Source: Diplonema japonicum (lineage: Eukaryota; Protista; Euglenozoa: Diplonemea). Taken from it: a stretch of 64,000 nucleotides of DNA. Shown here one piece after another: positions 12,068-23,413 of the stretch. The notes beneath the pieces were generated by a model. That model was not told the origin of the DNA, searched no databases, and saw nothing but the letters and a program-made list of their open reading frames with translations. Position 1 is the first letter of the stretch. Each line of letters begins with the position of its first letter. Where the stretch lies: contig OZ025741.1 in assembly GCA_964019335.1 (NCBI GenBank), forward strand, positions 248,001-312,000, read 5' to 3'. Position numbers and translations under genes: made by a program.

Positions 12068-13219
12068 TTATTCCGTTTTCGGTTTTGAATCCTCTTCGCC
12101 GAGGGCTGAAATGGCCGACACCGCGGACTGGACCCTGTTGAAAACGGGGCACAGGATTTTGTAAGACAGGTAGAACAGAAACAGGGCTGCGGTGAGGGCG
12201 GTCAAGATGAGCAGGATCCGCAAGGCTGAGGTGTAAGCTTCCTCCGACTGAACCTCCCGAAGACGAACGTCATGGCTGGCAATCCTTGAGGCAATGATGT
12301 CCCGTCGCGATGCGGTGAGTAGGGTTTGCGCCTCTCGTTCCGACGCTTGCGTGGACTGCTTATCGACAACATCAACATGTGTCTTAAGCTCCCTCACGAC
12401 ATCTGTAAGAGCAAGAAACTTTCGAAAGTACAAAACATGCAGCGCTGCCCGGAATGTTGGCGCGGAGCTCTTCTCCACAAACAGCACCTCAGGGATCGAT
12501 CCTTGTAATGCGTCTCGAAGCTGTCCCGCCATCCCTCTTGACTTCGCCACTTCCACACCAGTGATGACAAGCATGGGTTGCATTGGGTACCCATCTACTG
12601 TACGCAGCTCTTCATAATCCTTAACAGTGCTTTCTACGGCTCGGTAGTCGATTTTCAAGGCGGTGGCGGTGTTTGGAAGGAACGACAGCAACCAGTTCAC
12701 CACAGACCGTTTCTTTGGTGGTTTTTGTTTTTGACTTTGTAAATACGCGGAGGCAGGTCGTGCAAGAAACACCGCGTCTGGGGAGTGTGCTACTATGGCA
12801 GAAGCGATGACTTCTATTTCAGATGAAACAACAGCTTGGAAGCACCACCGCAAGGAAGCCTTTGGGACCATTGTTTTGAGCAAGCCCTCGTTTACCTTCA
12901 GCCTGTCTGAGATGAACGTTGTGGTCGAATCAACGCAGAGAGGTTTTCCCGCACCGACAGTCGCCTTTAGTCCTGATACCCCCTCGGCAGACACAGATTG
13001 CAGGGCCTGCAGCCCGCCTGCTTCGGACCCCACCAGTAGGATCTTCATCTTCCCACAGCTTTCTGTCTGGGTTTCCAGTTCTTTCCGAAGGGCGGCAGCG
13101 TTGTCTGTAAACTTACCGTCCTTGCATACTGAAACAGGCACGGATCCACTGCATGAAGCATGTTCCACTGACGCGAATGCATGTGCAAGGGCTAGGAGAA
13201 TGGCTGGTATAAAGCTCAT
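12068..13219 (-). CDS. Hypothetical membrane protein (signal peptide, C-terminal TM helix), 383 aa
   Basis: Long ORF with hydrophobic N-terminus MSFIPAILLALAHAFA and TM segment ILLILTALTAALFLFYL. Confidence 0.75.
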   Translation of the reverse strand: MSFIPAILLALAHAFASVEHASCSGSVPVSVCKDGKFTDNAAALRKELETQTESCGKMKILLVGSEAGGLQALQSVSAEGVSGLKATVGAGKPLCVDSTTTFISDRLKVNEGLLKTMVPKASLRWCFQAVVSSEIEVIASAIVAHSPDAVFLARPASAYLQSQKQKPPKKRSVVNWLLSFLPNTATALKIDYRAVESTVKDYEELRTVDGYPMQPMLVITGVEVAKSRGMAGQLRDALQGSIPEVLFVEKSSAPTFRAALHVLYFRKFLALTDVVRELKTHVDVVDKQSTQASEREAQTLLTASRRDIIASRIASHDVRLREVQSEEAYTSALRILLILTALTAALFLFYLSYKILCPVFNRVQSAVSAISALGEEDSKPKTE

Positions 13220-13379
13220 TTCATTTTTTTTTTTCTTCTTCTTCGGTTTTCTTTTGTTAACGTAAGAGGGGGGGAGGAAAAGAAGGAAAAAGAAGAAGAA
13301 AAAAAAGAAGGAAAAAAGGGGTGTGTTTTTTTTTTTTTTTATTTATTTTTATTATTTTTTTTCTTTTGTGTAAATCTTT

Positions 13380-13652
13380 TTACTTCGCCAACCCAGCCAT
13401 TACATTAACAGTCTGTGTTGTTGAAAATTGCAGCCAGCCTCCAATACCGGCCTCCCCTGCCGCGCCAGCGGGCGGGCCGCCTTTATGTATTTTGCTATTC
13501 TTCTCCACAGAGCCATCTCCTCCGGCTGCAGGAGGTGCTGGTGTATCGTTCAGCACTACGCCGTTAACAGGGCAGGTCCCAGTGGGTGGGTGGCATCCGG
13601 ATGCACATGGGTAGCGGCTACACCGTGGGATGTAGCCCCCTAGGTAGGCCAT
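13380..13652 (-). CDS. Small hypothetical protein (90 aa) or terminal exon
   Basis: GC-rich island behind an A-tract-AG; only this frame is open (MAYLGGYIPRCSRYPC...). Confidence 0.35.
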   Translation of the reverse strand: MAYLGGYIPRCSRYPCASGCHPPTGTCPVNGVVLNDTPAPPAAGGDGSVEKNSKIHKGGPPAGAAGEAGIGGWLQFSTTQTVNVMAGLAK

Positions 13653-14122
13653 GAGTCCGCCCCCCACCCCGCCCTCTTTTTTTTTTTTTTTTGTGTTGTT
13701 GTTTTGCGGCGAGCACAGCATCTCAAAAAAAGAAAAAGTGGACAGAAACAAATACGGGTGGTGGGAGGGGGGGAAGGAAAAAAGAGCTGGCGTAAGGGCA
13801 ACAATGGGACTCTCGACGTGTGATTTTTATCGTGCGCGACAAGCACATCAGTCCCTCGAGACGGCCTTGATCACACCGACGGGGGTTGCCCAACAGTGAC
13901 CATCTCTAATTTCTAAGTCTGAGAATTCGAAGGGTGCAGAGGTCGGCATAATTTCTTTTTTTTTTTCTTACATTGTTTAGCGTGCGCAATCAGAATACAG
14001 TTTTTTTTTTCTTTTTTTTGTAAAACGCAATAACGCCAACATTTTTCTTCCCCCAATTTTTTTCTTTATTTCTTTTTTTTTTTTTTTGATAACTGCTACT
14101 TTCTGTTCATCATATTAAAAAA

Positions 14123-15002
14123 TAACTATTTATTTAGTGAATATAAGATCCTATGGTAGTGGTTTTGACGAGTGAGGTAATTACTTCACTCGCTTCGCTC
14201 GTGAAGTAATGACGGTTATATCACGAGCGAAGCGAGTGCTATAACGTTTAACGAGTCAAAACTGCCACCACAAGTGAAATCATCAATCTTATATTCACAA
14301 ATACGATATTTTATTTAACGACAGCAAAATTTGAGTGGGTGGGAGGTACAGGTGGTACCAATTACAACAGGTGTCGGATATGTGCCTCGATAGTGCACAT
14401 GTTTAGCGTGGCGGACGATGCCATACCTCGGTGCTAAAGAATTCTGTCATTTGCTCTTGGGTAAAGATGTTCGCTTTTTTTGTTGACTCGCCTTCTTGGA
14501 GCCTCTTGAGGGGGACCTTTAGTCGGGGGTGGTCTTGCAACTGCTTGTTGTAATTCCTCCTCACAAACGAGTTTAGCCTTGAATAAGCCGCCCGGACTGA
14601 ACGGGCAGCAGGCCTTGCTTCATGTCGTTGAACTAGAGAATAGAATCCTCTTTTTTCGGACGGGCCCTTCTTTTCCTTCCTATAATTATGAAACACACAA
14701 AAGCGTGCCCACTCCTTTTCGTATGGCTCTTGGAAGGGGGTGAACCCTGCTGCGTCCGCCTCTTGTGCAGTCGGGCTCTTGCCTATCCCAAAGGAACCTT
14801 GGTAGGAATTCTTGGAGGGTTTTGCTTAAATTAGGCCCAGGAGTGAAATAATATTTCTTATTTTAACGCTATCAGAATTTTTTCACTCCTGGGCCTAATT
14901 TCTTTTAGAAGTCGGAGCGTGAAAATAAAGTCAGGAGTGAAATAAAGTGAATTTTTTATTTTCACTCCCACCCACGAAAATTTTGATGGAGTTAAAATAA
15001 AA
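14123..15002 (-). mobile_element. Crypton-like tyrosine-recombinase element, copy A (internally deleted)
   Basis: TAACTA terminus; nested hairpin ~14131-14303; imperfect IR pair 14309-14345/14965-15002; perfect 21-bp IR 14828-14848/14881-14901; YR N-terminal remnant YEKEWARFC...RAAYSRLNS...KKANIFTQEQMTEFF. Confidence 0.75.
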
Positions 15003-15189
15003 AAAAAGTTTTTTTTTTCTTTTTAAACCACGAAGCCCACTGGCTAACAACCGAAAAAGTCAATTTCTCAAAAAAAAAAAAAAAAAAAAAAAAATGGCAG
15101 CATTTAACCATACAAAGCGTTCTTTTTATGGAGAAGTGACCTCTGGAGACATTCAGGCCCACGAGAATGGCAGGTCGCAGAACGGTTAC

Positions 15190-16256
15190 TTAATCAGCGA
15201 TAAACGGTGTAATGAGCATTTCTTCAGAGCAGGAATCTGGAGCCATGTATACCACAGGCCGAAGAGGTTGACGAAGAGGGCTCTGCAAGGGCTCGGGAAC
15301 GGGCGTGGATTCGTGAAGGGACGAGAGATCGAGAAACCTGTTGTGCAGCGTAGGGTGGGTCGAGAATATATCCGATAAAGCCACCAAAACAGAGTGCAGA
15401 AAGGAGAGGTCTTCAACAGGTTTGAGATCGTTAAAATCGTTCAGCGTGACAAACACATGCTCCAGCACCTCTGGACCGGTGGGAAAGTCCGACGCCCGCA
15501 TAATATGAAAAGCAATCTCATCCGCCTCGGATTCAGCTTTCTGTGAAGAGGAACAGTCGAGCAGATCCACAACCACACCATTCGTATCTTTTTTACGAAA
15601 GAACGACATAAAAAAATTCGCCACTGCGCTGGCAAGCTCCTTTTCAATACCATGCCTTGCTATTGCATGGCCTATCTCATGCGAAAGCACAAAATATAAT
15701 CCGACAACCGACATCTCCCGTATCAGGGAATCATGGACAATAATTTTCCCGGACGGCGCGCAACTTGCGTTAAGAGAATTGTCCCTCACCACGCACACTG
15801 TCCAGTCCCACTTGATGCAGGTTTTCAGATACTGGTGGGTTTCAGCCTGTTCCTGAAGAATGCTAAGAATTCCATTTACTATGTAAACTACTCGTTGGGA
15901 GTAAGGGTGGTCACTATGGTAGACTTCGCATTCTTGTGAGTGATAAGCCAGGCTTCCGATTATCTCGTCCACCCAGTCTGGGAGGCCGATGAACTGTACT
16001 CGTTTCGAGAAGGGGATCTCCCGAGAGTTTGCCTTCCAGAAGGCGATTCCCAAGATTACAGCGAGGAGCTTCCCCCAATGGCGTTTTCCCGTGCTCCGTG
16101 CCGTTCGAGAGTACGTGCCCATGGACACCCCGTACCGCCTCAGTTCTGTTCTCTCTGTTCTATTAAACTCATTCCCAGAATGATCATAGTCATAAGTCCT
16201 GAATAGCCTCTTGCCGAATATCCTTAAAACTGGTCGTTTCACGCACCTTTGAAGCA

Positions 16257-16257
<1 letters not shown>
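15190..16257 (-). CDS. OMA1: Oma1-like mitochondrial M48 zinc metallopeptidase
   Basis: NASCAPSGKIIV, HEIGH zinc motif, ESEAD, STHP; basic N-terminal presequence. Confidence 0.85.
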
Positions 16258-16289
<32 letters not shown>

Positions 16290-16400
16290 TTTTTTTTGTT
16301 GTGTGTGTGCCTTTGTGTCTTTAAAGGGGAGAACAAAAAAAAAAAAAAAAAGAAAGAAAAAAGAAGAAAAAAAAAAAAAGGAAAATTTCTTTCTGGTGGT

Positions 16401-16440
<40 letters not shown>

Positions 16441-17920
16441 GGAGAGAAAAAAAAAGGGGGTGAGACAAGAGAAAAAAAAAGGGGATGGGAAAAATAGCTT
16501 TTTTTTTTTTTTTTTTTTCTTTTTTTTCCTCCAAAACATGAAAGAAAAGGGGGTATGTGCGCGCTGTGGGTAAAGCTCCTGAGTCAACAAATTGTGTGAA
16601 CGCGTGATGGGAGGGAAGGGGAAGACACCGGGGGAGTAAAGGAGGGGGAGGGGGGGGGGGGAAAGAATTAGAAACGGGATATAAAAAAAAAATAATAATA
16701 AATAACCCTTCCCTCCCGTTCACCACCTGGTCCTCTCTCTCGTCTTTTTTTTTTTTTTTTTTTTTCAAAAAAAAGGGGGGGATACATATGGGTCATTTCC
16801 TTTTTTGGGTTTCTTTCTTTTCTACCTAATGAATAATCGCACAATGGTGGTGGTGGTGGTGGGGGAGGGAGGGAGTCTGCTATTTGCCACGCATTTCTTT
16901 AAAAGATTTTTTAGTTTTCTCAAAAAAAAAAACTTTTTCCCCCGCCTTTGGCAAGGTGTCAAACCCCTCGAGGTTCCCCCTTCCCTTTTTCTTTTTTCTT
17001 CATCTTCTTTTTTTTGCAGAATCTTTATCGAAAAGCTTTATGCATGACAAATAGCAGAGTAACTAACCATCTAATTATACTACCCCCCCCCCCCCTCCCC
17101 TCCTTTTTTATATTACACCCTTTTCAGGTGCGTGCCATATTGCAAAGTAAAAAAAAAAAAGAAAAAAGAAAAAAAAGAAAGTACCCCCCCCCTCTCCCCC
17201 TTGATCTTGCATTGGAAAAGCTGTTTTGAAACCGTATTTCAGATTAATAAAATCTGGGGGGGGGGGGGATTTCTTTTTTTTTTGAAAAGGTTGGAGTAAC
17301 ATAAATAAGATAATTTTAAATTTGACCGGACGCAAATGTATACGGTTTCAATTATTGGGACTTTCTTTTTTCCAACACCTTTGATAGCAACAAATGAATG
17401 GGAAGAGGGGGGGGGGGGAATCGATACTGCAAGGCCTCTTAAAGGTTTTTTTTTACTTCTTTCCGGCTTTCACCTCTAACCTGTTCTACAGCAAGCTTTT
17501 TGCTCTTATCTTTAACCGGGCAAATTAATTTAATTTAATTTAATTTAATTTAATTTTATTTTATTTTTTTTCTTTTTTACTTCGGAGGGGATAAAGAATT
17601 AAGAGGGTTACAATGATATGCTGGCGGCGTGGGGTGGGCCTTAGTGCAACGTGTGTGAGTAATAAAGAAAAAAAAAAAGGAGGGGGGGAAACAAAAGGGG
17701 AGAAAAAAGCGGAAAAAAAAAGTACCCCAAAAAGTGGTGTAAATGTGTTTTTTTTTTTTTTTTTTTTTTTTTAAAGCCTCCTGGGAAACTCTCGGGAAAA
17801 AAAAAAAGGGGAAAAAAAAAAAAAAAAAAGAAAGAACAAAAACAGCGCTTTCTTCCCCTCTTTTTTTTTTTTTTTTTTTTTTGTTTCATTCTTTGAATTC
17901 GAACTTGCATAACGAAGTTT

Positions 17921-18888
17921 CTAGGGCAGCAATGTAGTTTCAAGAAGCTTCTCCTCGTGGAGTGGGTACTCCGTCACGGCAAGAAGCTCGAGCTTTTCGC
18001 CCTCGAATGGTACGGCAACAGACTTCATGGCAAAAAGAATTCTGAAGCCGGACACCTAAATAAGACACATAACTGCAAGATTCATCATCTTTATTCACCC
18101 CTTTTCCCCTACCCTTTCTGTTATTTGTGCGAATAATAACCTTTTTCTTTTTTTTTTTTTTTACAGTTTTGCAATGAAGCTAATTTTCTCTCGTCTTTTT
18201 TTTTTTTTTTTTTCCTCTTTCTTTTGCGAGGTGTCTTGAAACAAATAAAAAATAAAATAAAAGTTCTTTTGCCCGATTACCTGACATCGTAAACAGGTAC
18301 CGGTAAAAAAGCCTATATGTGGTTGTGAGTATATGAGTGCAAGAAGAAGGGGGGAAAAAAAAAAAGAAAAAAAAAAATGAACAGGGGAGGCTGCGTTCGT
18401 TTTCTTATTCTTTTTTTTTGTTTTTGTTTTCCCTCCTTTTTTCCCCCTTTTTTTTTTCCCTTATTCTTCTTCCTCAAAAAAAAAAAATATAGTGGGGTAA
18501 GTTTCCTTTTTTTTTTGATTGGCTAAAAAGAGGGGTGGGGATCATAAATAACATTCTTTTTTTTTTTGAATTAAAAAAAAAAAACAATTATTTTCTTCTC
18601 CCCCACCCACCCCTGGTAAAAATATCATCTTGGCATACCCTTTAATTGATTTCAAATACTGTAACTTTAAAAAAAAAAAAAAAGAAGAAGAAGAAGCAAG
18701 ACCCCGGTGCTTACTTGAATGCGCAGCTAGGGGAGGAGGGGCTTTTTCTTTTTGTATTTTTTTTTTCTTTTTTGCAACAGAAGGATGATTTATTAATACA
18801 ATGTAAAAAAAAAAAAGAAAAAAAAAATAGTCTGGATACCCTGCGCGGAAGCCTTAGAAAGGGTCGCCCGCAGAGGGCTTTTGCTCAT
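17921..18888 (-). CDS. Candidate micro-exon gene; join(17921..18055,18281..18312,18715..18726,18840..18888), 75 aa
   Basis: Four complex islands in low-complexity DNA, bounded by AG/GT, with compatible phases and no internal stop. Confidence 0.3.
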
Positions 18889-19078
18889 ACGATCAATGTT
18901 TTGAAGCAATTTTCATGGGATTGATTCCGCACCTGCTGTGCCAGGACTTACTACTTACTTCCCTCTCCTTCTCAACCCCTGACAGGAACATGGCTGAAAA
19001 AAAGGAAAGAAAGGTCGTTTGGAACGTTAAACACCATTACTATTTTTTTTTTGTCCAACTACTCATAAAATAGAAGAT

Positions 19079-19137
<59 letters not shown>

Positions 19138-20202
19138 CTTTTCTTCCTTTTAACTTAACATCCTGAAACCACAGTTTATTTATAGCAGGTAAAAAAAAAT
19201 TGGGGGGGGGGAGAGGGTCCCAGGAGGGACTGCGTCTGTGAACTATCTCCCACCCCCCTTTTTTTGTTATTTTTTTAACACCATTATATTAGAGCCCATG
19301 TACGACCCAAAGCTTTTTCCTCTTCCTAGCTCACCAGAAAAAGGGGAAGGAAAGAAAGAACAGAAAAAAAAAAAGAGGGGAGAGGAAGAGAACCACAGAA
19401 AGTACTTACTGAAGAGAAAAAAAATGTAGGAAAAACCAGAACTACGGAAAAAAAAAGTGGGGGTGGGGGGGGGGGGGTGGAAGGGGAAAGATAGCAAAAC
19501 ATAGAAGAATGAAAGAGGAATAGATTCCCTCCCCCCCCCCCCCCCTCCGTTATTTTTTTCTTTTCTTACTCTCACCGAGGGTATATATTTCTTATCGCTT
19601 TTTTTTTTTTTTTTTTTTTTTTTCTTGGCAGGGGTTTTTTTTTTCCTCCAACACGTTTTGCATAATTGAAGGGAAAAAAAAAAAAAAAAAACACCCATAT
19701 CACACACCATCCATTCAGAAAAAAAGTAGGAACCTACTCTGTACTACAATTTGAAATCACATGTGGCACCGTCCAACTAACACTTCTCGATTCCGGGAAG
19801 TATATATAAAGAAGAAAAAAGAGAAAGGTTGAAACATGCGATCTCAAACATGAAACTACAAGAGGTTCTTTTTTTTTTTTTTTGAGAGACTTTTTTTCTT
19901 TTTTTCTCTTTCACTTCTTTTACCTTGAGGCCAATAAATCTCCACAAGAATCCCACCCCCATACCCCCCCGCCCCCCCAGCAAGAAAATAAGGAAGAAAA
20001 AATAAAAGCTCCCCCCCCCTTTTTTTTTAAAACAGTTCTTTTTTTTTTTGTGTTGCGCACGGGGAATGGGTGGAGGAGGAAGGTGAGAAAGGGGGAAAAA
20101 AAAAAATTCTCCAAATGACAGTGGGGGAGGGGGAGACAAACACTTCAGTTTTTTGTTTATTTTTTTTCTTTCTTTCCTTTTTTTTTTTTTTTTTTCTTTG
20201 TT

Positions 20203-20504
20203 CTAATGTGTCCCATCCCTCAGGCTCTCCCAGTGTGCCTTGTTCTGTTCACACTGGTGAACCATAGGTTGAAGGCAAGGGAGCAGCTGGGCCATGTCTT
20301 CAAACATAGGAAGCACAATATAATTCATAAAAGAAATTTGCCCCTTTGAGAAATCAGCGTTATGCTTGCGCCGATCCATGAATGGTGAAACAGTAATGGA
20401 CAGCCTCTGCTCTGCGTCTCCTTGAGTGTAGAACTCAGATGCAATACATTCAGCCCATCTAAGGTACAATTCCTGCGGCCGGCTACAGTTGCTTATGTCG
20501 GCCA

Positions 20505-20547
<43 letters not shown>

Positions 20548-21186
20548 CTTTTTCTCGTTGTACCTTTATCGCCATCACCATGGCCAGTCTAACATCGTCG
20601 CGTCTCGAGTGCCAGTCAGGATTCTCGGCGAGCCTTCTTCTAAACTGTGAGAAGATCTTGGCATGGTTCCCCATGTCAGTCGAGAGCAACATCTCCACAA
20701 TGGTGTCCCGCACCTCCTTCTTCTGGTCGTCATTCAACGACGCCAAGATATTGTACTTAGGGTGCCTCATCATCTCAAAGACACAGGCACAGTGGTGGTT
20801 TTCAAGAATCGACCTTTTTTTTTTTTTTTTTTTTTTTTTTTTCTTCCCGTATACCTATCGTTATACAATATCCCAAGGTATGCTTGTGTTTTTGTGTGGA
20901 AGCTGTTGTTGAAGCCAGGATGGTCATAGTCGTGAATGCCAGCTGCTATGACTGCTGCGAACTCGTCTTCCTTCTTCATTCGCATCAGGCTGCCCATCTT
21001 ACCGGGGCCGATGATGTAGTGAGTGCACTGCAGAACATCTGCCGCGTGCGTTGCGTTATGGTAAGGATTGTCGTGATAACCCGCCGTCACCCCGAGCCAA
21101 AAATTTTTCAGGGTAACCGGGTCGATCGAGAATAGGGAACAGAGGTTGTATTTGTAGGTGAGGACCCACGCTGTTGTCAGAAGCGC

Positions 21187-21227
<41 letters not shown>

Positions 21228-22314
21228 ACGTACCTCCTTCAGTCAATTTGTCGAGATCGAATGGGTTGAAGTCAATCTCGTCGATGTTGTCCATGCATTG
21301 CAATACTTTCATTGCGATCTCCTTGTCTCCAGTGGTTTCCAGGATGCTCTGTATGTTCGGGTCCGTGGGGAGAATCTTCAAAGGTGACCGTTCCTGTGTG
21401 CTCTCAAACTTCGTTGTAAGGAGCTTCAACATCCCTTGATCACACGTTATCGTCGCGGGGTCATGTTCCTTCGCCCACTGGAGATGCTGGAACGGACGTG
21501 CCCCGCCTTCATTATACAGGCCGTCCAAATGATGGATAGCTTTCCCGTGAAGGCAGTATTTCTTCGCTTTTCTAACATTCTTTTCAATCCGTTCGACCTC
21601 TTCTGTTGCTTCGAGTTGGACTTGGTTCGCTTCACGCGCGTCTTGCCGAAGATTCTCAACCTTAGGGAAAATGAGCTCAATGGAGTTTAAAATATCGTCT
21701 GTTTTTGCCTCGCACAAATTGATGTTTGCTTCTGTCGCTTCAAGAAGGTCCTCCGAGGGCGCGCGTTCCCTCTTTCGCGACGCATAGGAGTCGAAAAACG
21801 GGAGGAAAAAATACGTGAATGTCAAGGACGATTCATTGCCGAAATTTGCGAGCTCGATGGGGAGAAGGAGGCGTTGATCTTTGCTTGTTTTTAGCGAGAT
21901 ATCGAGACGCCGCTTGTTCCCAGTTGTGGCGATTGCACGGGGGGGTTCGCCTTTAATGAAAGCTGATGTAAATGCGCGCCAAAATGTTACCCAGGAAACA
22001 TTAGCTGCGCCTGTAGCTTTCCAGTCTGCGATTTCTGAATCGGCCATTGTCTTCACCCAGACCGTGCCGGAGACATCTCTGCAGACAACGGTCAGACCAC
22101 CAAGATCGGTGTCAGCAGGGTAGGTTGCCAGGAAGTACACTTTCCCGTCCTGGTCGACCTCTTTCATGATTGGGGAGTTCATGTACCTTTCCTTCCCGGA
22201 TCTCGGGCCCGTTTCCTGTGCTTGGGGCGGGCTTCCTCGTCTTGTCGTCTTCTCCCCCACAACCTCCGTCCCGTCCGCCTTCGTCCTCGCAGGCTTCGTG
22301 GCCCCGCAACCCAT
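20203..22314 (-). CDS. Class I 3',5'-cyclic-nucleotide phosphodiesterase; join(20203..20505,20564..20813,20855..21188,21234..22314), 655 aa
   Basis: YHNATHAADV and HDYDHPGFNN are present. Splicing restores LYNDR|SILENHH and IK|MADISN; EFYTQGD and QISF follow. N-terminus MGCGATK suggests dual acylation. Confidence 0.92.
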
Positions 22315-22468
22315 TTTATACAACGGGGGGCAAAAAAAAGAGAGGAGGGGGGGGGTGTTTTATTTAATCGTGTTTTTTTTTATTTTATTTATTTTTTTTT
22401 TTTCGTAAACCGAAAAAAAAAAATCGGGGAGGGGGGAAGGGGGTGGCAGGGTGTTGCCTGTGTGTGTG

Positions 22469-22500
<32 letters not shown>

Positions 22501-22854
22501 TTTAACCCTGAACAGCTCTCTTCTAAAAAAATTTAGGCTAGAACAATAAAAAAAAAATCAGGCTTCATTTTATGTCTGGCCGTGAAATAATCTGTCCCCC
22601 CCCCCCCCCCCCCCCCCCCCTCATGCTTTTCAGCTAAGCGTTGCTGAGCGTGAAAACCCAAGTACTTTATTTCACGCCCAGCCAGTTCGTACAAACAAAG
22701 GTAAAAAGTGGCCCGAACAGTGATGGAAGACACGCTCTTAACAGCCGGCTTACAAGGAGTGGCGACAACAGTGCACAGAAATGCGTTTGAATGTTGACAT
22801 CCAGTTGCCACACTCAGCACAGAATTTTTTTGCGAGAGCAGCTCATCATTAAAA
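22501..22854 (+). mobile_element. Crypton-like element, copy D (short relative of copy C, opposite orientation, no terminal hairpin)
   Basis: Both ends match the IR arms of copy C. Contains the GGGCGTGAAATAAAGTAC motif (reverse complement) and KVARTVMEDTLLTA, matching AKAVMEDTLPTA of copy C. Confidence 0.65.
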
Positions 22855-23413
22855 TTGCGGCTTTTTTTTTTCTTCCAGCAAATGTTACAACACAACAACA
22901 AGAAAGAAAATACAGGAATGGGGAAAAAAAAGAGGGGGGGTTAAAATGAGGTGGAGAAAATATAAAAAATGAGGGGTTTTTTTTTTCCTTTCTTCTCGGC
23001 GGCGAAGTTACATCTAAATAAAGAAAAGGGTGGCAGTGAGGAGGGGTAACCATTAGTCTCTAATAGGAAAAAGGGAGTAAAAAAGATCTAATCAATATAG
23101 AGGGGGGAAGGAAATTGGTTTTTAAAAGGCGAAGGGGCTATACAATAAAATAAAATATTTAAAAAAAAAAAGAATAGCAATGAAAAGGTAAAGGTAACAA
23201 CTATAAAAAGAACCCCCCACCAAGGAGGGTTTAGGGGGCGGGGGTGAGAAGGGAGGAATCTATCTAAAATACGAGTATCTTTCTTAGAACCAATTTTCAT
23301 TTTTTTTTCCTTCTTCTTTTCCCCCGGGAAAATTATTAAAAAATCGACTCATATTTTTCAATTCTTGAATTTTGCGTGCTTCTTTCTCTTTTTTTTTTTT
23401 TTTTTTTTTTTGT

